IMG/VR virus record: IMGVR_UViG_3300040959_000809
Reading direction: 5' to 3' (one strand)
Length of the DNA stretch: 64,000 nucleotides
Origin: a virus
Shown: piece by piece, positions 63,380-64,000 of the stretch
Layout: each line of letters begins with the position of its first letter
Position numbering within the stretch: the stretch's first letter is position 1
Program-made: the position numbers and the translations under genes
The notes under the pieces: generated by a model
Database searches by the model: none
The model's input: the letters and a program-made list of their open reading frames with translations, nothing else
Told to the model about the DNA's origin: nothing

Positions 63380-64000
63380 TCACATTAGAGCAATTCCAAG
63401 CAATGATTCCCAGAAATAAAGAGGCGGATGCTTGGTTTGAGGCAGCAACAGAACTTTTTGAGGCCTATGATATTAATACACCAAATAGAATCGCAGGGTT
63501 TATGGCACAATGTGCTCACGAATCCGCAGATTTTACTAGATTGGAAGAGAATCTTAATTATAGTGAAAAAGCACTCAATGGTGTCTTTGGTCGCTATTTT
63601 GGAAAAGGGAAAAGAGATGCTGCTGAGTATGCGCGCAATCCTGAAAAAATTGCAAACTATGTTTACCAAGATGAGTTCCGATCTAAGCGAGGAGCAATGG
63701 GTAATGTTAATGACGGCGACGGCTGGAGGTTCCGCGGACGCGGTATCAAGCAGCTCACTGGCCGTAACAATTACACGGCATTTGGAAAAACGGTCGGAAT
63801 GTCAGCAGAAGAAGCAGCCGATTATGTAGCAACACCAAAAGGTGCTATTGAATCCGCATGCTGGTTCTGGAAAACAAACAAACTTGAAAAATGGGCTGAT
63901 AAAGGTGACAATGTAGGGTTGACAAAAAAGATCAATGGTGGTACTATTGGATTAGATGATCGTAACCGTCGTTGGGAGGAAGCACTGGCAATTCTAGGAG
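63376..64000 (+). CDS. GH19 chitinase-like endolysin, truncated by the window edge
   Basis: Not in the ORF track. Manual translation from ATG 63376: MITLEQF...FMAQCAHES...LEENLNYS...DGWRFRGRGIKQLTGRNNY...SACWFW...KINGG. Confidence 0.9.
   Translation, partial: MITLEQFQAMIPRNKEADAWFEAATELFEAYDINTPNRIAGFMAQCAHESADFTRLEENLNYSEKALNGVFGRYFGKGKRDAAEYARNPEKIANYVYQDEFRSKRGAMGNVNDGDGWRFRGRGIKQLTGRNNYTAFGKTVGMSAEEAADYVATPKGAIESACWFWKTNKLEKWADKGDNVGLTKKINGGTIGLDDRNRRWEEALAILG

Noticed and set aside
63428-63829. 133 aa ORF-track call
   Set aside because: It is an alternative frame of the GH19 endolysin starting at 63376.

Overview
A 64 kb segment of a large, AT-rich T4-like myovirus genome. The host is most likely a marine alphaproteobacterium, inferred from a circularly permuted two-piece tmRNA and a Rhodobacter-type porin. 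Recognisable T4-type core genes are gp43, gp46, gp47, gp55, uvsW, uvsY, a gp3-like gene, gp52, fused gp39/60, gp33, gp59, gp32, uvsX and gp41. They are interleaved with accessory regions: a TAGT/GREB1-like DNA-glycosylation cluster beside a DUF262-HNH nuclease; two glycan-modification islands; three tRNAs; a late operon of secreted pilin-like and chaperone-like proteins; a PiT-like transporter behind a twin-loop leader RNA; and a porin with a heme oxygenase and bilin reductase. The most striking feature is a ~16 kb late region (44265-60170). Nine genes there start with a leader resembling the T4 internal-protein capsid-targeting sequence, and seven of them match M-x-x-F-K-x-[YFH]-[ILV]-x-E exactly. 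Two long proteins there are divided by repeated (L/I/V)-x-E motifs that look like prohead-protease sites. This suggests a set of head-packaged, injected effectors, including a (p)ppGpp hydrolase, a ligase-fold nucleotidyltransferase, an HxGH-type nucleotidyltransferase and putative nucleases. All family calls come from reading motifs by eye; no database searches were run.
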